A stretch of DNA of 64,000 nt from Squalus acanthias (Eukaryota): NCBI GenBank assembly GCA_030390025.1, contig CM059431.1, positions 100,194,001-100,258,000 of the forward strand, in the 5' to 3' direction. Positions 58,434-64,000 of the stretch are shown here, piece by piece (positions within the stretch are counted from its first letter, which is position 1; every line of letters begins with the position of its first letter). The notes below the pieces were generated by a model. It had not been told where the DNA came from and searched no databases. It worked only from the letters and a program-made list of their open reading frames with translations. Made by a program: the position numbers and the translations under genes.

Positions 58434-59072
58434 TCTGGGAACGGAATTGAAAGGGCAGAAATTCGTCTTGGGCGGTGGCGCCAAACGGGCGTTATCGGAT
58501 CGGCAGCTCGCTATACACAGCGCCTGGTATTCAGTTCCATTGACTGCATTCGGACTGAATATCGGGCGCAGCGCAGAACGGGCGGCCGATCCGATACCGG
58601 TCGTTTTGCACCACCGCCCGAGACGACTTTCTGCCCCAAAATCTTTTTCCCGGTATCGTCCTGTCCCGAAAAGAGAGACTCGTGCGGTGGGGGCGGGGCG
58701 GCGTCACTCTCGCGGGCACCAGCCCCCTCCAGTACTTTGCCCGTAGTTCCATTCCTTCATGTGTGACATAGATGCCGATGTAGAGGGTGCATTATACTGC
58801 ACTCTCCCACTGTTAATGCAACGCACCTCCAGTCTTAAGAGCACAGCCGTTGCCTCACGTGACATGGGCTCAATCAACTCGTTGCTGGGAGTAGAATCCA
58901 TTTAACTACAAAACCTGGCATCAAACTCCAGCAACAATATTGCAGTTACAGTAAACATAATGGGAATATATATATTGATGAATATGGTAAAGGCGTATTT
59001 CTGGCACAGTGCTCTCATAAATGTTGCCATTTTCTTCTGTGCAGTCATGCGGAAGAATAATTTTAATCACAG

Positions 59073-59730
59073 AATTGACCAGAAACTTAACTGGACCAGC
59101 CACATAAATACTGTGGCAACAAGAGCAGGTCAGAGGCTGGGTATTCTGCAGCGAGTGTCTCACCTCCTGACTCCCCAAAGCCTTTCCACCATCTACAAGG
59201 CACAAGTCAGGAGTGTGATGGAATACTCTCCACTTGCATGGATGAGTGCAGCTCCAACAACACTCAAGAAGCTCGACACCATCCAGGACAAAGCAGCCCG
59301 CTTGATTGGCACCCCATCCCCCACCTTGAACATTCACTCCCTCCATCACCGGCGCACCGTGGCTGCAGTGTGTACCATCTACAAGATGCACAGCAGCAAC
59401 TTGCCATAGGCTTCTTCGGCAGCACCTCCCAAACCCACGACCTCTTCCACCTAGAAGGACAAGGGCAGCAGGCACATGGGAACACCACCACCTCCAAGTT
59501 CCCCTCCAAGTCACACACCATCCTGACTTGGAAATATATCGGCCGTTCCTTCATCTTCGCTGGGTCGAAATCCTGGAACTCCCTCCCTAACAGCACTGTG
59601 GGAGCACCTTCACCACATGGACTGCAGCGGTTCAAGAAGGCGGCTCACCACCACCTTCTCGGGCAATTAGGGATGGGCAATAAATGCTGGCCTTGCCAGC
59701 GACGCCCACATCCCATAAACAAATTTTAAT
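59073..59730 (+). mobile_element. 3' fragment of a third LINE family (CR1/L2-group, clade not determined)
   Basis: IDQKLNWTSHI...IYKAQVRSVMEYS...SWNSLP; other 3' ends at about 5625-5838, 10475-10665 and 40467-40590. Confidence 0.82.
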
Positions 59731-59759
59731 AAAAGTGTCGGCTTTGTATCCCACTAAAG

Positions 59760-60225
59760 ATGCCATCTGTCTTTCGGATGAGACGTTAAACCTGCTCCCT
59801 CAGGTGACGTAAAAGATCCCACGGCCACTATTTCAGCAGGGCAGTTCTCCCTGCTGTCCTGGCCAATATTTATCCCTCAACCAACATCACTAAAAACAGA
59901 TTATCAGGTCAATTATTTCATTAAAACAAACCAAAATACTACGGATGCTGGAAATCTGAAATAAAAACAGAAAATGCTGGAAATACTCAGCAGGCCAGGC
60001 AGCATCTGTGGAGAGAGAAACAGAGTCAACGTTTCAGGTCGAAGAACTTTCGTCAGAATTGTTTCTATTTCATCTACCTCATTGACGTTTGTGGGAGCTT
60101 GCTGTGCACAAATTGGCTGCCGCGTTTCCTATATTACAACAGTGACTACACTTCAAAAAGTACTTCATTGACTGTGAAGCGCTTTGGGAAGGCTTGAGGT
60201 CGTGAAAGGCGCTATAGAAATTAAA
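59760..60225 (+). mobile_element. 5'-truncated Deu-domain SINE interrupted by a Penelope fragment
   Basis: Core 59760-59922, tail about 60078-60225. Confidence 0.78.
59923..60060 (-). mobile_element. Penelope-like terminal fragment inserted within a Deu-SINE
   Basis: Reverse complement aattctgacgaaagttcttcgacctgaaacgttgactctgtttctctctccacagatgctgcc; SINE sequence resumes on both sides. Confidence 0.8.
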
Positions 60226-60299
60226 AAAAGGAAAGACGTGCATTTATATACTGTCTTTTACAACCTCATGACTTCCCAAAGCATTTTACAGCCAATGAA

Positions 60300-61200
60300 G
60301 TCCTCTATTGTCAAGCCCTCTAAGAATTTCAATGAGATCACCTCTCATTCTTCTAAACTCCAGAGAGTGTAGGCCCATTCTACTCAATCTCCCCTCATAG
60401 GACAACCCTCTCACCCCAGGAATCAATCTAATGAACCTGTGTTGCACCCCCTCTATGATAAGTATATCCTTCCGTAGGTAAGGAGACCAAAACTGTACGC
60501 AGTACTGCAGGTGTGGTCTCACCAGGGCCCTATATAATTGCAGCAAGACTTGCTTATACTCCAATCCCCCATTGCAATAAAGAATAACATGCCATCAGAT
60601 TGTAGAATTTAGTTGATTTTCTTTTTGTATGCATTCTCTGTTAAGTCAGATTTGTGAGCTGCTTGGCATCAAAGCCTATCTAAACTAGGCAGCATTTTTG
60701 AGTAAATGTTGAATGTAATTCAGCTCAGTAGTACATAGGAACAGGAGGAGGCCATTCAGCCGTACGAGCCTATTCCGCCATTCAATGAGATCACGGCTGA
60801 TCTGTATCTTAACTCCATTTACCCGCCTTGGTTCCATAACCCTTAATACCCTTGCCTAACAAAAATCTATCCATCTCAGTTTTGAAATTTTCAATTGACT
60901 CCCCAGCCTCAACAGCTTTTTTGGGGGAGAGAGTTCCAGATTTCCACCACCCTTTGTGTGAAGAAGTGCTTCCTGACATCACCCCTGAACGGCCTGGCTC
61001 TAATTTTAAGGTGATGCCCGCTTGTTCTGGACTCCCTCCACCAGAGGAAATAGTTTCTCTCTATCTACCCCATCAACTCCTTTAATTATCTTAAACACCT
61101 CGATTAGATCACCCCTTAATCTTCTACACTCGAGGGAATACAAGCCTAGCCTGTGCAACCTGTCCTCGTAACTTAACCCTTTTAGCCCTGGTATCATTCT
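60300..61200 (-). mobile_element. Two CR1 3' fragments (about 60300-60595 and 60733-61200)
   Basis: ORFs 60286-60564 and 61006-61197 with CR1 motifs. Confidence 0.86.
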
Positions 61201-61842
61201 GTAACACTGGATGTCAAGTTATTTGAAAGGTTTAGATAGTATCTTTTACCAGCGCTATAAAAATCCGAGTGGCTGACTGTTTATTAGCAGACTGTACGTG
61301 ACTTGTCATTTAGAATAAGAAAAGTGGTTAACTCATTTCCATAGTATTACCTACCCTTGACCAACCTTGATTATCTATTAGATGTGTTTCTAGCCTTGAG
61401 AAGGACAGCCTGCAATCTGCTATTTAATAATGAACTCTGGAGAATTAATGGTCAGATTGTTAATGGAGCTCTGCATTTCATAATTACTTGGCATTCTTTG
61501 CTGGATTTGAAAGGAAATGTTGGTAAACGTCACTTTGTTAATTATATTTGATATAATTTCTTAATTATTTCAGATTTGGGTACTCTTTCGCTGATGGTTG
61601 CCCTTAAATAATTGTTGGGTTCAGAATGTTATTCTGTCCTCCCCTCCTGCCCTCCGATTTTCATCCTTCCTGTCCTGAAGGTGCAGACTCTAGGGATAGG
61701 AGGGTGGACTCGCCAATGCTGCACTCCCAAAGCGGTCACGCTTGACAAGACTGAAGGCCGGAGATAGGCTAGAGTACTGTACAGCCAAAATTTCGACCCA
61801 TCCTCCCTTTAAGTGTGGTTCCCCACTGGGATTGTAGGAGCT

Positions 61843-62265
61843 GTGTCAGTCGTGGCTCAGTGGGTAGCACTCTCGCCTCTGAGTCAGAAGGTTGTGGGTT
61901 CCAGTCCCACTCCAGACACTTGAGCATAAAATCTAGGCTGACACTCCAGGTGCCGTCTTTCAGATGAGACGTTAAACCGAGGCCCCATCTGCTCTCTCAG
62001 GTAAAAGATCCCATGGCAATATTTCGAATAGTTCTCCCTGATGTCCTGGGGCCAATATTTATCCCTCAATCAACATCACTAAAACAGATTATCTGGTCAT
62101 TATCTCATTGCTGTTTGTGGGAGCTTGCTGTGCGCAAATTGGCTGCCGCGTTTCCCATATTACAACAGTGTCTACACTTCAAAAGAGTACTTCATTGGCT
62201 GTAAAGCACTTTGGGACGTCCTGAGGTCGTGAAAGGCGCTATAGAAATGCAAGTTCTTTCTTTTC
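61843..62265 (+). mobile_element. Deu-domain SINE lacking the internal hairpin unit
   Basis: gctgacactccag|gtgccgtc junction at 61949/61950. Confidence 0.85.
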
Positions 62266-62841
62266 CTTTTTAAATGAATGAGACTAAAAAATGTCCTTAA
62301 TTTTTGGCGTCACACTTGTAATTTCATGGAACACCCAGTTTTAGCGTGATGAGGTGGGCACTGAAGTGTCTTTGCCGGGAGATGGTTTTCTAACCATTCA
62401 CACACAGTGGATAAGTAACTGAAGCCAGGAGAATAGGTTCAGTATCTTTAACCAAAACCTTGATAAGGGAAAAATAACCCAAAGCACCAGAGTTTCCGAA
62501 ATGTAAAATCAAATTATGTAACATAATTGAAAAGTGTTAAGCTCGGTGCAGTCCTCGAACTGTTGCAATGTTTAAAATGTACATATATGGACTGACTGAG
62601 TTTCCAGTGGGGGAATTTCTCTCTCTCTGAAGGACCTATTGGAAGTTTAGAGGGACACTGTGCAAGATTTTCCAACCATTTAATGAGTGATTGGAAAATG
62701 GTGCACAGCACACTCCCGAATTTCCAACATGTGCTGCTGGCAGGGAAGGATCCCACTTGCAGTGCCAAGGCAGAGTGTTATTTTTTATCGGGATCGCGGT
62801 ATACAATTTACGATTGCAGCTCAGGCAAGTTAGCAGATCGT

Positions 62842-64000
62842 GGGCTGACATTTGCGATCGGAGGCTTCCGACCTGCAAAATGTCTACGAAAGTACCTGGT
62901 GGCCCGGGAGGTTCGGAGGCTGGCGACCCTGGGCCTCTCCGGATCTGCGCGGGCAGAGCCCCACGTATCCCAGGGCCTCTCCGGGTCCGCGCGGGCAGAG
63001 CCCCACGTATCCCTGGGCCTCTCCGGGTCCGCGCGGGCAGAGCCCCACGTATCCCAGGGCCTCTCCGGGTCCGCGCGGGCAGAGCCCCATGTATCCCTGG
63101 GCCTCTCCGGGTCCGCGCGGGCAGAGCCCCACGTATCCCTGGGCCTCTCCGGGTCCGCGCGGGCAGAGCCCCACGTATCCCAGGGCCTCTCCGGGTCCGC
63201 GCGGGCAGAGCCCCATGTATCCCAGGGCCTCTCCGGGTCCGCGCGGGCAGAGCCCCATGTATCCCAGGGCCTCTCCGGGTCCGCGCGGGCAGAGCCCCAT
63301 GTATCCCTGGGCCTCTCCGGATCTGCGCGGGCAGAGCCCCATGTATCCCAGGGCCTCTCCGGGTCCGCGCGGGCAGAGCCCCATGTATCCCTGGGCCTCT
63401 CCGGGTCCGCGCGGGCAGAGCCCCATGTATCCCTGGGCCTCTCCGGGTCCGCGCGGGCAGAGCCCCCCGTATCCCAGGGCCTCTCCGGGTCCGCGCAGGC
63501 AGAGCCCCCCGTATCCCAGGGCCTCTCCGGGTCCGCGCGGGCAGAGCCCCCCGTATCCCAGGGCCTAGGCCCTCCTGGGATCATGTGGGCCGGCCCAACC
63601 AATAAAAGAAGGGAATCCCCATTCATACTTTTAACAGGTCTGTATGTAAGGAACTGTCTAAAGTATGAATGGCGATCACTTAAAAAATACACCAACACAT
63701 GAAATCCATTTTTTGAAAAACATTACATATTTAAAATTAATTAAAATGCCATTTAATTAAATATTTTAAACAAAAATTTAATTTTTTGAAAAAATGTAAA
63801 TGTTTTTACAGGGCTAAAAATAAACTTACAATTTTGAAGAGTATTTTTAATTTATAAATGAGTGATCAAATTTCATTTTTCTATTTTTTTAAACTCTAAT
63901 GCTGGTAAAAGCAGGTCTTACGCCAGGTGTTTTACCAGGCGTAAGAATTTGACAGGCTTTCAGCGGGCAGAAGTTGGGCAGAAAGCGGAACTCTCCGCCC
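62842..64000 (+). mobile_element. MITE family A copy with 42-bp array, cut by the window end
   Basis: Left end gggctgacatttgcgatcggaggcttcc; 63575-64000 aligns with about 7185-7610. Confidence 0.82.
62932..63561. repeat. 42-bp GC-rich minisatellite, 15 units, inside a MITE
   Basis: Unit ggcctctccgggtccgcgcgggcagagccccaygtatcccwg. Confidence 0.97.

Noticed and set aside
62683..63702. 339/304/296-aa repeat-protein ORFs
   Set aside because: 42-bp array inside a MITE; no splice or homology support.

Overview
Vertebrate genomic DNA, very repeat-dense. The repeat repertoire (CR1/HER1-like and L2-like LINE ends, SacSINE1-like Deu-domain SINEs, a Penelope-like element) points to a cartilaginous fish, probably a shark; this is inference. 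The only host gene is the middle of NALCN (sodium leak channel) on the + strand: 18 coding exons between 12719 and 57492. All are GT-AG and phase-consistent. They total 1923 nt (641 aa), about human residues 614-1255 as I recall that sequence: the DII-DIII linker, all of DIII including the selectivity-filter Lys, the DIII-DIV linker and the start of DIV. The gene extends beyond both window edges. The introns are mostly transposon debris: many LINE 3' fragments, two tRNA-derived SINE families, several TIR-bounded MITE families, and a Neptune-type Penelope element nested in a probable solo LTR. Most notable: (i) a minimal hammerhead-ribozyme motif at the Penelope 3' end, with two more copies elsewhere; (ii) three unrelated transposon families each growing a minisatellite (33, 42, 21 bp) at an internal hairpin; (iii) a multi-hairpin MITE family with compensatory stem changes; (iv) a SINE foldback and a 1.2-kb (CT)n tract in the pre-mRNA; (v) a few unusual NALCN substitutions. 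I found no convincing new protein-coding system. Nearly all ORFs in the supplied track are repeat-derived.
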